Positions 8,912-18,277 of a stretch of 64,000 nt of DNA are shown piece after piece. Location: sequence record MZ475892.1; one strand, given 5' to 3'. Position numbers and translations under genes: made by a program. The stretch's first letter is position 1, and every line of letters begins with the position of its first letter. A model generated the notes under the pieces. The model did not search any database and had not been told where the DNA came from. It was given only the letters and a program-made list of their open reading frames with translations.

Positions 8912-9939
8912 TGGGAAGAACGTTTGCGTCGGTGACTCGCCACTCACCTGTCGCTCAAATACCTAAGATGGAAATCAAATACGGTAAGAGGCCTATGCTT
9001 CACGTAGTTGATGCATCTAACTGGATGTGTCGTGCTTACTTTGCCACACGCGATAAGCCTGTGTACGCATCAGACGGTACGCCCATCTACGGCCTGCGCC
9101 AGTTTCTGTACATGGTTCAGGACCTGATTGACATAGCAGCCAAAGACCCTAACGGTTGCTACATTGCTTTCTGCTTCGACCCAAGCTCAAACGAAACGTG
9201 GCGTTATCGTGCTCTGCAAAACTGGGCAGCAACCAAGAAGAAGAAATTCATCAGAGGTGTGTTCAAGAAAAGCAGCGACTATAAAGGCAACCGAGACCGC
9301 TCTCAAACAGCCGAGCTTGGTGTGCAGATGATTTTAGCGCGGCAGATTCTTGAACTTGCAGGCTTCTATGTTGGCCTGAAAAAGCCATACGAGTGCGACG
9401 ACCTTGTAGGAACTATCTGCCATAGATTCAAGCGCAAGTATCTGATCAAACTCTACTCACGCGATAAGGACTATGTACAGCTTGTTGATCACAAGAACGT
9501 TGAACTCATTATGCAGGCGCAGTCTAACGCAAAAGAACGCCGCTTCGATTTCAAAACAGCGAAAGGCTTCTTCGGTGTTCCTGCTGACCGTGTTATCGAT
9601 ATGCTCGCGCTGTGCGGTGATGGTGTCGATAACGTTCCAGGCATTCCTGGTATTGGCGAGAAGACTGCTATTGAACATATTCATCGCCACGGTGGTGCTA
9701 TTGAACTTCGTGACGCTCTGCTTAATGGCAAAGTGAAATCGAATGCAGGCTGGGCTAAAGCATTGCGCTCAGAGATTCCTTCGATGGACCTTGAACTCCA
9801 GATGGAGCTTGTCACTATCTGCCGCAACGTGCCGGGCATGCCTCGCACTATTGATGCGTTTGCTAATCGCACGCCTGATGTTAAAGCGCTCAAAGCAGTT
9901 AAGAAGCGTCTGGGCCTGACTAAACTATTACACGTATAG
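8911..9939 (+). CDS. 5'-3' exonuclease / flap endonuclease (PolI N-terminal, T5 D15/T4 RNase H type)
   Basis: VVDASNWMCRAYF, ECDDLVGT, SRDKDYVQL, LCGDGVDNVPGIPGIGEKTA (H3TH). Confidence 0.93.
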   Translation: MGRTFASVTRHSPVAQIPKMEIKYGKRPMLHVVDASNWMCRAYFATRDKPVYASDGTPIYGLRQFLYMVQDLIDIAAKDPNGCYIAFCFDPSSNETWRYRALQNWAATKKKKFIRGVFKKSSDYKGNRDRSQTAELGVQMILARQILELAGFYVGLKKPYECDDLVGTICHRFKRKYLIKLYSRDKDYVQLVDHKNVELIMQAQSNAKERRFDFKTAKGFFGVPADRVIDMLALCGDGVDNVPGIPGIGEKTAIEHIHRHGGAIELRDALLNGKVKSNAGWAKALRSEIPSMDLELQMELVTICRNVPGMPRTIDAFANRTPDVKALKAVKKRLGLTKLLHV

Positions 9940-9946
9940 GAATGAT

Positions 9947-10492
9947 ATGAAACATCCTCAGCGCGTTGCTCATTTAGAGCATTGGTTGGAGGCGGGTCGT
10001 GCCGCTTTCACCATGGGTGTGCGTACACCAAATAAAGATGGCGTGGAGCTGCTTGCTATTTTCCGTGCTGTGTCTCGTGGTACAAAAGACCAGTGCGCTG
10101 CATCAATCAAAAAGCAAACGGCAGAACTGATTGAAGACATTGAACGCGATGTGCCTGCCTTCAAAGTCATTCGTCGTCGCTTCCGCAAAGAGTTTTATCC
10201 AGACTACAACATACCTGCAGAAGTCGAGCTGTATGTTGCGCTTCTGGCAGAGACGTTCGGTGACATTGTGCAGACCATGACGTACCTGCATCTTCGTCGC
10301 TGTGTCGATACTAAGGACCTGTTGCTTAACTGGCTGCCAAATGGGTATCCAGCTAAAGACGCTATGGGTCTCCTGTGGAACTTACAGAAAGTGCCTACCG
10401 AGAACGAGTTCATGTTCACCGGAAATGCGGTAGATTGCATACAATCTGTAAATGACCTATACAACAAAATGTATAAGACAGGAGACAAGTAA
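9947..10492 (+). CDS. hypothetical protein
   Basis: 181 aa, AGGA RBS. Confidence 0.75.
   Translation: MKHPQRVAHLEHWLEAGRAAFTMGVRTPNKDGVELLAIFRAVSRGTKDQCAASIKKQTAELIEDIERDVPAFKVIRRRFRKEFYPDYNIPAEVELYVALLAETFGDIVQTMTYLHLRRCVDTKDLLLNWLPNGYPAKDAMGLLWNLQKVPTENEFMFTGNAVDCIQSVNDLYNKMYKTGDK
10446..10453 (+). promoter_or_regulatory. CTGTAAAT candidate phage promoter
   Basis: About 40 nt before ATG 10492. Confidence 0.6.
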
Positions 10493-11079
10493 TGGATTTA
10501 TCTTCTATCGGCTATGCAAACAAACCATTTCGCGTTATCCCTGTTACTTCTGGTAATATCGTAACTGATTTCATTGCCGGAAAGTTTCAGGTGATTGGCG
10601 TTGAGTGTAATGCTCGTGGCGCGTACGGCTCGCCGATTCAACAAAGCATTGCACGCCGCTTCCCTGACGTGTTGCAGAAGATGAACGCGCTCGACTACGA
10701 CCACCAGAACTTCATGGGCAGCACGTTGATGCATCCTGTGCAGACTCAGCATCGTCGTCGTTTGTTTGTCGCTAACATGTTCCTTGCACGCGGCTTTGGG
10801 TTAGGCCAGAATCGCACTCAAAGTGAAGGTCCGATTAATCGTTTCAGTGAGCGACACTTGACGCAAGCCTTCGACAGTCTTGTTGATAGCTGTGCATCAC
10901 TCAACATTAGTCTGGACCGCCAGATTGCTGTGCAGCGTTTCTACGGCGGTCTTGGTGGGGTATCTTGGGAAGAAGTATGTGAAGTGCTGGACGCTATTTG
11001 CGCCAAGCATAAATTCAACATGCTGGCTTATCTGCCTAAGAACTATAACTCTAACTTTGTGCGGGGTTCTGCGCAATAA
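10492..11079 (+). CDS. macrodomain protein (Poa1p/DarG-like)
   Basis: GNIV...CNARGAYGSPIQQSIARRFP and YGGLGGVSWEEV match the macrodomain GD/N-x-G-x-M-G and G-x-G-x-GG-x-x-W signatures. Confidence 0.7.
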   Translation: MDLSSIGYANKPFRVIPVTSGNIVTDFIAGKFQVIGVECNARGAYGSPIQQSIARRFPDVLQKMNALDYDHQNFMGSTLMHPVQTQHRRRLFVANMFLARGFGLGQNRTQSEGPINRFSERHLTQAFDSLVDSCASLNISLDRQIAVQRFYGGLGGVSWEEVCEVLDAICAKHKFNMLAYLPKNYNSNFVRGSAQ

Positions 11080-11094
11080 CTCTGGGGTGTATTG

Positions 11095-11427
11095 ATGAAT
11101 ACAATACGCGGTTTTGATTGGCTTTTTTATGAGGATGGCACCGACAGTGGCCAACACTCTGTTTTAAATATCGTCTGTGAACCACAGACTAAATCAATGC
11201 AGGTAGAAGTTCGAAAGGGATGCGCCGCACCTGTAATTCAAGCAATTCAGGAAAATGAAATCCTGTATGCTCAGACTGATGAAGGACTTTATCGAGTTCG
11301 TTATCGTTGTTCGTTTAAGCATCTTGCAGCGAACGCATTTCCTCCAGAGATGACAGTGATCAAGTTGAAGTTGCTTGCACTCGACTTTCTTCCGGGCGTT
11401 ACTACGCACGATAAACCTTTGGACTAA
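11095..11427 (+). CDS. hypothetical protein
   Basis: 110 aa, GGGGTG RBS. Confidence 0.65.
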   Translation: MNTIRGFDWLFYEDGTDSGQHSVLNIVCEPQTKSMQVEVRKGCAAPVIQAIQENEILYAQTDEGLYRVRYRCSFKHLAANAFPPEMTVIKLKLLALDFLPGVTTHDKPLD

Positions 11428-11432
11428 CCGCC

Positions 11433-12155
11433 ATGATTACAGCGAAACACATTGAAAGCCGTTTAAGAACAATAGACTATACCAAGCCTAATCCTGATCG
11501 GGAAATGCTTGTGGCGCTTGTGTCTGATGGACGTTCTCGTATTTTGAAGACAGCACAGATCGATGGTCTGTGTCCGCTGTCTGATAAGTATTTTGAGTTC
11601 TGTCTCAGCCAGGTCGGCTCTTTCTGCACGGCAGGTTACAACGCTGTGGAGATTGCAATGTCTATCGGTGTTCAGCCTATCTATGTCGCAGCGCACATCC
11701 ATCTGCATGGCTGCGATTGGGCACACAGACTTTTAGGCCTGAAACGATTTGCTGCGCTTGCCCGTGGTCCGCACACTGTGTGGTCATCAGGTGAAGCGTG
11801 GTTCGCTTTGGGTGAATGCCAGCGTCGCTCTAAGCTGCACTATGGCACTTCAAGCGGGCAGGAAGCACTGCGCAAAGCAATCCAAAAAGCAGAGATGCCT
11901 TATGTGCTTGCTGCCGCTATCACACATCCCCACCGTCTCATGAGCATTCTCCGTCCGCGTGATGGTCTGTTGTATCGTGACCCACGCATCGAGAAGACGC
12001 TGAAACAACGTGAGAAAGCCGCTGCTGATGCAAAGGCGGAAGGCCGTTCTGTGCTAACGACTGAGAAGCGTAGCGAGTACGGTGACATGGGCAAGTTGTT
12101 TAACGGTCATCTGTCTCGCGCTGATAAGACAGGTAACCCTCGCGTAACTGAATAA
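11433..12155 (+). CDS. hypothetical protein
   Basis: 240 aa in operon context. Confidence 0.7.
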   Translation: MITAKHIESRLRTIDYTKPNPDREMLVALVSDGRSRILKTAQIDGLCPLSDKYFEFCLSQVGSFCTAGYNAVEIAMSIGVQPIYVAAHIHLHGCDWAHRLLGLKRFAALARGPHTVWSSGEAWFALGECQRRSKLHYGTSSGQEALRKAIQKAEMPYVLAAAITHPHRLMSILRPRDGLLYRDPRIEKTLKQREKAAADAKAEGRSVLTTEKRSEYGDMGKLFNGHLSRADKTGNPRVTE

Positions 12156-12166
12156 GGAAACTTATC

Positions 12167-12547
12167 GTGGACAAGAATGAAATCACGCTGTTGATTGATA
12201 GCCTGAACGGAAATCGCAATTTCCCAATCGATCCGGAAGCTGCAATAGGCATGACCCTTGAGCAGTTCATCAAAACCAATGGGAACTTTGTGTTTCTCAT
12301 GAATGATGCTCTCGTCCGTGACATGGTAAGCAAGCAGCATGAGTACGATCCAAACTTCGTACCGGCTACTACTCTCGACGAGATCAACAACGGTCTTATG
12401 GGAACTTTCCACGGTGTCAATGTGTACAGCACTTGGGTGTATCGTGCTCCTGGTGATCTGCCTGCGGACGCGAAGCCTCGTTTCGGTATGTACCGCGCAG
12501 ACCTAAAACAAATCTTCCCGTTGACTAAACATTTCATCGTAAAATAA
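12167..12547 (+). CDS. hypothetical protein
   Basis: 126 aa, AAGGA RBS, GTG start. Confidence 0.7.
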   Translation: MDKNEITLLIDSLNGNRNFPIDPEAAIGMTLEQFIKTNGNFVFLMNDALVRDMVSKQHEYDPNFVPATTLDEINNGLMGTFHGVNVYSTWVYRAPGDLPADAKPRFGMYRADLKQIFPLTKHFIVK

Positions 12548-12558
12548 ACTGTTTACGG

Positions 12559-12564
12559 TAATTT
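12559..12564 (+). promoter_or_regulatory. TAATTT candidate late promoter element
   Basis: Intergenic, about 34 nt before cmoA-like ATG. Confidence 0.5.
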
Positions 12565-12597
12565 CTGAAGGTCAATCAGAATAACGGAATCCTCATC

Positions 12598-13368
12598 ATG
12601 AGCAATATCGATACCACAATGCCTGAAGGCAAATGGGAGTTCAACGAGTCGGTTGCTTGCGTGTTTGATAACATGCTGCAAAACTCCATCCCATCTTATG
12701 GCCGTATGCGTGACCTGACGTACCGTCTGGGTCGTCGCTTCGTAACTCCCGGTTCAGCTATCGTTGATCTCGGTGCTTCACTTGGCCGAGCTATCGAACC
12801 GTTTGCAAAAGAGTTCGGCAAGTATGACTACCATCATGCTGCTGACGCTCCTGGCGAAGACTACGAAACAGGTAATCACTATAGCCTGTATGAAGTAGCT
12901 CCTGCTATGCGTGAACGTCTGGTGCAGAATGAAGTGCTTCTCTCAGTGAATGCCAAACTGGAAAGTGAATCGCTGGTCGATGCAGACAGCTTCCTGTTTG
13001 ATGGCCAAGTGCATTGCTCGTTGATTCTGAGTGTGCTAACTCTCCAGTTCACGCCAATTGAACATCGTCAACACATTCTGGAAAACGTGTACAACTCACT
13101 GCAACCAGGCGGCGCATTCATCCTCGTTGAGAAGGTGTTAGGCGATAACAACTATCTCGACAAAATGCTGGTGGACACCTACTACCAGATGAAAGGCGGT
13201 AACGGTTACAGCGCCGAGTCGATTGCGACTAAACGTAAGTCATTGGAAGGCGTACTCGTTCCTGTTAAAGCAGCGTGGAACGAAGAACTGTTGCGTAAAG
13301 CAGGCTTCGGTCAGGTGGAGAGTTTCTACCGCGACCTGAACTTCGCAGGATGGATTGCTATTAAGTAA
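12598..13368 (+). CDS. cmoA: CmoA-like carboxy-S-adenosylmethionine synthase
   Basis: WEFNESVACVFDNMLQNSIPSY, DLGASLG, TLQF, LVEK, ATKRKSLEGV, NFAGWIAIK parallel CmoA motifs along the whole length. Confidence 0.85.
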   Translation: MSNIDTTMPEGKWEFNESVACVFDNMLQNSIPSYGRMRDLTYRLGRRFVTPGSAIVDLGASLGRAIEPFAKEFGKYDYHHAADAPGEDYETGNHYSLYEVAPAMRERLVQNEVLLSVNAKLESESLVDADSFLFDGQVHCSLILSVLTLQFTPIEHRQHILENVYNSLQPGGAFILVEKVLGDNNYLDKMLVDTYYQMKGGNGYSAESIATKRKSLEGVLVPVKAAWNEELLRKAGFGQVESFYRDLNFAGWIAIK

Positions 13369-13377
13369 GGAAATACT

Positions 13378-14640
13378 ATGAAAGTAAACGGGCGTATCTT
13401 AGCTATCGTCCCACACAAGACAATGCAAGACCGTACCAAGTCTGGTGTGGGTTCGTACATTGATGGGCTAGAGGCATACGGCTTCTGCGACTTTATCACG
13501 GACGGAGAGAACAGCTCCGTTACGAAAAGTCAGTGGTTCACTTACGGTGACACTACTCTCAGTGACGGTTATAAGATAGGGCATATCCAGAGCGAGTTGC
13601 TGATTGCACTTGAGCGCCTCCCATACCGTGCGATTATTTGCAGCACGTATGAGGCGATTGAAGCCTGTGTGTCTCTGGGACTGCCAAAGATTATGCCCGT
13701 TTACTATCGCACGCACAACAGCTTTTTGCTCACACAAGATCTCAAGGGTCTTGGTGCAGAGAAGATCCATCGTGCGTTGTTGCAAGCACGCGTCACAGGG
13801 CTGCGCATACTTGCTAACTGTGATTCGACTGCGATCAATCTTACTGAGCGCTATAAGACGCCAGCACACGTTGCCTACAACTCGTTCTCGGTGCCTGACT
13901 ACAACCCACCAGCTCGGCGTTCTCCGCAACTGTTGATTATCTGTCGCTATGAGAAGGTCAAGCGCACGCTGTTTGCTGCGCGTATTGCTGCTGCATCAGG
14001 ACTACCCGTTCGTGTTATGACAGGCAGTGATCGTCAAGCACGCAATTGGGAGAAAGAGCTGGCTGAGGCGGGCGTCAAAGAGTATACGGTCGTCAGTGGC
14101 CTTAGCGGCAAACAGAAACTCGAATTTATAGGCGCTTGCACCGTAGCCCTTTCTACTGCGAGCGTTGAATCATTTGCTAATGGTGTGCGTGAGTCTATCC
14201 CCTACTGTCCTACCTTTATCGTGCAAACATCCAAGTACGATTGGGCTAAGGACTATACGCGCTTCTGTACCGCCGACAAGCATGTTCATATCAGAACTGT
14301 TGATCGCGTATCGGACCAAGCCGTAGCTGAAATCGGAAGTGAGATAGCGCAAACAGCTACCACTCGTTATCTGACAGGACCTCAGCGTAAGCAGCTACTG
14401 ACTGCTTGGGCAAAGCAAGTTGATCGTGGTTGGTCCGACTTTGTCCAGAAGGCTGTTGTTGACGATGACGGCAAGCCGCTGCGCACCGAGCTGTATCAAG
14501 AACTGATCGACAAGTCAGAGATCGATTGGTCACAAACGCCCACGCTGATGCGTACTGTAAATGCGTTACATAAATGCCACGCTCGTTTGGGCCTGACATT
14601 TGATGGCACTAAAATCAAATATAAGAGGAAGCGCAAATGA
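13378..14640 (+). CDS. GT-B fold glycosyltransferase (GT4-like)
   Basis: 420 aa; ICRYEKVKR and STASVESFANGVRES resemble GT4 nucleotide-sugar-binding motifs. Confidence 0.65.
   Translation: MKVNGRILAIVPHKTMQDRTKSGVGSYIDGLEAYGFCDFITDGENSSVTKSQWFTYGDTTLSDGYKIGHIQSELLIALERLPYRAIICSTYEAIEACVSLGLPKIMPVYYRTHNSFLLTQDLKGLGAEKIHRALLQARVTGLRILANCDSTAINLTERYKTPAHVAYNSFSVPDYNPPARRSPQLLIICRYEKVKRTLFAARIAAASGLPVRVMTGSDRQARNWEKELAEAGVKEYTVVSGLSGKQKLEFIGACTVALSTASVESFANGVRESIPYCPTFIVQTSKYDWAKDYTRFCTADKHVHIRTVDRVSDQAVAEIGSEIAQTATTRYLTGPQRKQLLTAWAKQVDRGWSDFVQKAVVDDDGKPLRTELYQELIDKSEIDWSQTPTLMRTVNALHKCHARLGLTFDGTKIKYKRKRK
14555..14562 (+). promoter_or_regulatory. CTGTAAAT candidate phage promoter
   Basis: About 75 nt before ATG 14637. 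Confidence 0.5.
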
Positions 14641-15713
14641 GTGTTATCGGTGATATTTATAACATCCCACAACCTTTCGCAATGTATGTCGGGAATTGTG
14701 AGACGCGTGCTCAAGCCAAAGTTGCTGCGGGCACAATCGAGTGGGCGCCAGAGAAAGTGTGCTGCACCGTAGATGATGGTAACAACCTGTTCCCTAACGT
14801 ACCTTCAATCAACCCTGCTGACGTGCATAAGACAGATGCAGAAACTTTAGTGATTGGCTGTGCACCTTTCGGCGGCCGCATTGACGAGCACATGGACAAA
14901 GCTATTCGTAGCGCTATCTATCGTGGACGCAACATCGCTGCTGCTATGCATACGCGCCTGGCGGATAATCCTGAATACGTTGAGCTGGCTGATCGCTACA
15001 ACGTCAAGCTGTATGACTTCCGCCATCGTCCTGATGCGTACCCACTCGGTACTGGTGAGAAGCGTAGCGGTCTGCGTCTGTTAACTGTCGGTACTGATAG
15101 CTCATGCGGTAAGAAGTTTACCACGCTGTCTCTGTATCGTGAACTCAAAGCTATTCATGAAGCCACTACGTTCTGCTCTACTGGCCAGACGGGTTTCTTG
15201 ATTAGCGGTTGCGGTATCAACAACGACACGATTGTTGCCGACTTCCTTGCTGGTGCCGCTGAATCACTTTCGCCTGATGGTCCTGCTGATCATGTTTATC
15301 TGATTGAGGGTCAAGGCGCTATCACGCACCCAGCATACACAGGCGGCAGTATGAGTCTGATTGCTGGCTCGCAGCCTGATCATCTCATCCTGTGTCACGC
15401 ATGGAACCGTCAGAATCAGTTGGGCGTTAAGCGTAAGCCTGACCTTGATTTCGAGATGCGTGCTAACATTGAAGCGGCACGTATTCACGGTCTCAACCCG
15501 ACTTACATCGGTATCAGCATTAACTTCTCTGAGTGCGACCTCACCGCCGATGAGCAAGATAAAATCCTATACCAACTCGCATCAACGTATGAGATTCCCG
15601 TGTTCGACCCATCACAGGACACTTCTGTGTTGCGCGATCTCGCTCGTATGTTAGCAACTAAAGCCAAAGCAAGGAGCCTCGATGGCCAAGCATCAACTGC
15701 GCAAGCTGTTTGA
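14637..15713 (+). CDS. DUF1611 family P-loop protein (DgcN-like)
   Basis: LLTVGTDSSCGKKFTT, STGQTG, DFLAGAAE, IEGQGAITHPAY, GSQPDHLILCH. Confidence 0.88.
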   Translation: MSVIGDIYNIPQPFAMYVGNCETRAQAKVAAGTIEWAPEKVCCTVDDGNNLFPNVPSINPADVHKTDAETLVIGCAPFGGRIDEHMDKAIRSAIYRGRNIAAAMHTRLADNPEYVELADRYNVKLYDFRHRPDAYPLGTGEKRSGLRLLTVGTDSSCGKKFTTLSLYRELKAIHEATTFCSTGQTGFLISGCGINNDTIVADFLAGAAESLSPDGPADHVYLIEGQGAITHPAYTGGSMSLIAGSQPDHLILCHAWNRQNQLGVKRKPDLDFEMRANIEAARIHGLNPTYIGISINFSECDLTADEQDKILYQLASTYEIPVFDPSQDTSVLRDLARMLATKAKARSLDGQASTAQAV

Positions 15714-16557
15714 ACAGCATGTGAAAAAAGAAGTGAAAGCAGACAAGGTAGCTGTGCTGCTTTCATCTGGCCTCGATGGTTTGGTCAGTGCGTTAGCTGC
15801 ACACGACCTAGGCAAGAAGGTACATGCCTTCACATTCCAAATGGGTGACAACCCTAGCTTTGACAGTCGCCACGCACAGATCGTTGCACAGAAGATGGGA
15901 TGGGAGTTCACTCTCGTTAAAGTTCCCACCAGCGTGTCTGCTATCGCGTTAGCGTGGCGCGTGCTACACTCCAAGTATCGCTGCATCAAGAAGCGTGACT
16001 ATGAATGTGCGTACCCTATGGTCTATTGCTACAAGGCAATCAAAGACGCTGGGTATAAGTATGTGTTAAGCGGGCTGGTGGCCGATGGCTACTTCCTGTA
16101 TAACCGTAACACGCACATTCAGAAAATCAGCGGCCCGCACTCTGACGCTCAGAAGTATCATGAGTTCCGTACTCAATACTTTAGTCCGTGGCTTAAACAC
16201 GGTAAGAAGTCTCTGGGCGTTGACGGGTACAACCCGAGCGGTATGTTGCAGCATGAAATGTTGTGCGATAACTTCGGCCTGATTCACGTTAACCCGTGGA
16301 TGCAGAACAAGGTGTTTGACTACTTCATCAAATACACTTGGCAGGAGCTGAATCAGCCTAAGCAGAAGATGCCACTAACCGAAGCGTGGGCAGAACACAT
16401 TGCTCTTGTTGGTCATCGCCCACACAGGGGCTATCAGACAGAAGCCAAAGTGCCTGAATACTTTGAGCATCTGATCGATAACCCTGAGATTAACTTTAAC
16501 GGGCGCAAGCGCATCATGGACGTGGCACGCGACTGGTCCAAACGAGAGCCTGAATAA
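15682..16557 (+). CDS. asparagine-synthetase-like PP-loop ATP-dependent ligase lacking a glutaminase domain
   Basis: AVLLSSGLDG (SGGLDS variant), LSGLVADGYF, NPWMQNKV; 291 aa, no N-terminal Cys1 domain. Confidence 0.8.
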   Translation: MAKHQLRKLFEQHVKKEVKADKVAVLLSSGLDGLVSALAAHDLGKKVHAFTFQMGDNPSFDSRHAQIVAQKMGWEFTLVKVPTSVSAIALAWRVLHSKYRCIKKRDYECAYPMVYCYKAIKDAGYKYVLSGLVADGYFLYNRNTHIQKISGPHSDAQKYHEFRTQYFSPWLKHGKKSLGVDGYNPSGMLQHEMLCDNFGLIHVNPWMQNKVFDYFIKYTWQELNQPKQKMPLTEAWAEHIALVGHRPHRGYQTEAKVPEYFEHLIDNPEINFNGRKRIMDVARDWSKREPE

Positions 16558-16812
16558 ATGCATCCTGTTATCACAGACTTTCTTGGTCCTATCGTTAAGC
16601 GGCTGGGCTTATTCACTGCTATATTCGGTTTTGTCGGCGTGCTGCTGTCTGTGATCGCAGTGCTTGTGTGCCGCCCAGAAGTCCTTCAATACGAATACGA
16701 TACTGTAAATAGACTTCGTACTGAGGGTATTGTATTCTTGGGTAAAGGCGTTCTTGTTTACATCGTAGGCGAGATACTTGAAGGCACGTTCAAGTGGAGA
16801 AAAGATGATTAA
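16558..16812 (+). CDS. small membrane protein
   Basis: 84 aa with two hydrophobic stretches. Confidence 0.6.
   Translation: MHPVITDFLGPIVKRLGLFTAIFGFVGVLLSVIAVLVCRPEVLQYEYDTVNRLRTEGIVFLGKGVLVYIVGEILEGTFKWRKDD
16703..16710 (+). promoter_or_regulatory. CTGTAAAT candidate phage promoter
   Basis: About 95 nt before ATG 16805. Confidence 0.45.
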
Positions 16813-17068
16813 CAAATTCGTGATGAAGAAGACTCCGACCATTGAAGCCTGTCAGTGGAATGGAGAGAACAAGGAAGAGATTGAAGCCTTCCTTGGCGAT
16901 AGCGGATTCGTTGTTGGGCGTTACGTGCAGATTGGTGTTCTGGATAAATACCAGAAGCCAACTATTGCTAACGTAAGCGTAGGCAACTATGTGATCAAGC
17001 GCGATGATGGTAAGTTCTATGCCATTACTGCGCAAGATCTGTTTGAGAATTATGTATTAGCAGATTGA
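16805..17068 (+). CDS. conserved phage hypothetical protein
   Basis: IEACQWNGEN...VGNYVIKRDDGKFY pattern common in phage small proteins; GGAG RBS. Confidence 0.7.
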   Translation: MINKFVMKKTPTIEACQWNGENKEEIEAFLGDSGFVVGRYVQIGVLDKYQKPTIANVSVGNYVIKRDDGKFYAITAQDLFENYVLAD

Positions 17069-17075
17069 GGCCATA

Positions 17076-17528
17076 ATGAATCTGTTTTCTATTTTAAAAC
17101 AGCAAGTGAAGAAATCCCTGACGACCGAAGCAACGCTTGAGCCAGAAGTGCGCAAACACTTTGATTGGCGTTTCAGTGTTGACGTCAAAGGTCTGATGTA
17201 CATTGTAGGCAAGACGGGCGCTAACACCTGCTTCTATCTTGAGCCAGGTCACGTTGAGCCTACTGCCTGCTATCCTGATGAACTGCTTGCGAAGATTGAT
17301 CAGTGGGGCGCTGCTAAGTATGTGTCCTACGCTGTCTACTTCAAGAAGTTCAGTAGCCCTGTAGCTGAAAACATCAAGACGCTTGAGCAAGCCAAGACAG
17401 GCAAGCCTAAAGCGTTTAAGAAAGGCTACTTTATCTGTGGCGTAACACCGAAAGGTAAGCGCGTCAAACTGTGTCGTCTGCACAACAGCCTAAGCGGTAT
17501 GCAGTGGGTTGATGTAGACCAGAAGTAA
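17076..17528 (+). CDS. hypothetical protein
   Basis: 150 aa, GAGG RBS. Confidence 0.75.
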   Translation: MNLFSILKQQVKKSLTTEATLEPEVRKHFDWRFSVDVKGLMYIVGKTGANTCFYLEPGHVEPTACYPDELLAKIDQWGAAKYVSYAVYFKKFSSPVAENIKTLEQAKTGKPKAFKKGYFICGVTPKGKRVKLCRLHNSLSGMQWVDVDQK

Positions 17529-17542
17529 ACCAAGGAGCTTAT

Positions 17543-17863
17543 ATGATTAGCGACATTGACATTGGCCATTATTATAGTTCTGCGAGCGGTATACCGTTTC
17601 GCGTAAAAGAACGTGCAGCACACGGACAAGATTGTTCTCTGTCGATGATCGTATTTGAGAACGTGGAGGCAACTAAGGATTACCCTGTTGGTCAAACTTG
17701 GGTGCTTCCAGAATCTCTGTTCGTGAAACAGTATTCCGAATTTACGGAAGGAAAGTATCATGAACGAAACAACGCTCTTAGAGCATCTGAAAACAAGACA
17801 CTGGCAACCAGAGACGCATTTCGGGTGGCTTTCGCCGAAGACCCTGACAGTGCCACTGTATAG
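17543..17863 (+). CDS. DUF1653-like protein
   Basis: GHYYSSASGIPFRV...AAHG...IVF...WVLPESLF; AAGGAG RBS. Confidence 0.55.
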   Translation: MISDIDIGHYYSSASGIPFRVKERAAHGQDCSLSMIVFENVEATKDYPVGQTWVLPESLFVKQYSEFTEGKYHERNNALRASENKTLATRDAFRVAFAEDPDSATV

Positions 17864-18276
17864 CTTTGACCGACAGATGAGAGGCGTTCAAGTCTATACG
17901 CCTAGCGCACCGAAGAAAGACCCGAACCCCAAAGCGTGTCGTTACTTCACTCGCGTGTTCGGTGGCAAACAGTTGGTGTGGGGAACGGAAATTAGACCTA
18001 TACGGGCCGACCGTTTTCTTAACTGAGTCTGTGTTCAAAGCGTGTGCGCTACATCGTCTCGGTCTCAATGCGTGGTCTGTTTTAGGCTCGAACGTGAGTG
18101 ACTATTTATACCACCAGCTTAGTCTTCTTGACCTGCGTTTTGTTTGTCTAGGTGATGCGGATAAAGCTGGTGAGGAGTTCAGTCAGACGTTTGGTCGTGG
18201 TGCTGTTAGTGCCGACTTGGACGAGATGACTGATGAGCAGTTACTCGATTTAACTCTACCACTATTAAGGAAATAG
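17760..18276 (+). pseudogene. Toprim/primase-like gene interrupted by a frameshift
   Basis: ORF 17760..18026 (VPLYSFDRQMRGVQVY...VWGTE) continues in +1 frame as LDLYGPTVFLTESVFKA...GDADKAG; junction GAA-A-TTA at 17988-17994. Confidence 0.7.
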
Positions 18277-18277
18277 G

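Noticed and set aside
12598-13368. cmoA as a simple tRNA cmo5U auxiliary gene
   Set aside because: Not excluded, but no cmoB or tRNA genes are seen here, and the Gly-Arg MTase plus ligase give a more coherent use for Cx-SAM.
15682-16557. QueC / 7-deazaguanine DNA modification
   Set aside because: Has a PP-loop, but the AsnB-type LSG-x-x-AD motif is present, the QueC Cys Zn cluster is not evident, and no folE/queD/queE/dpdA is seen in the window.
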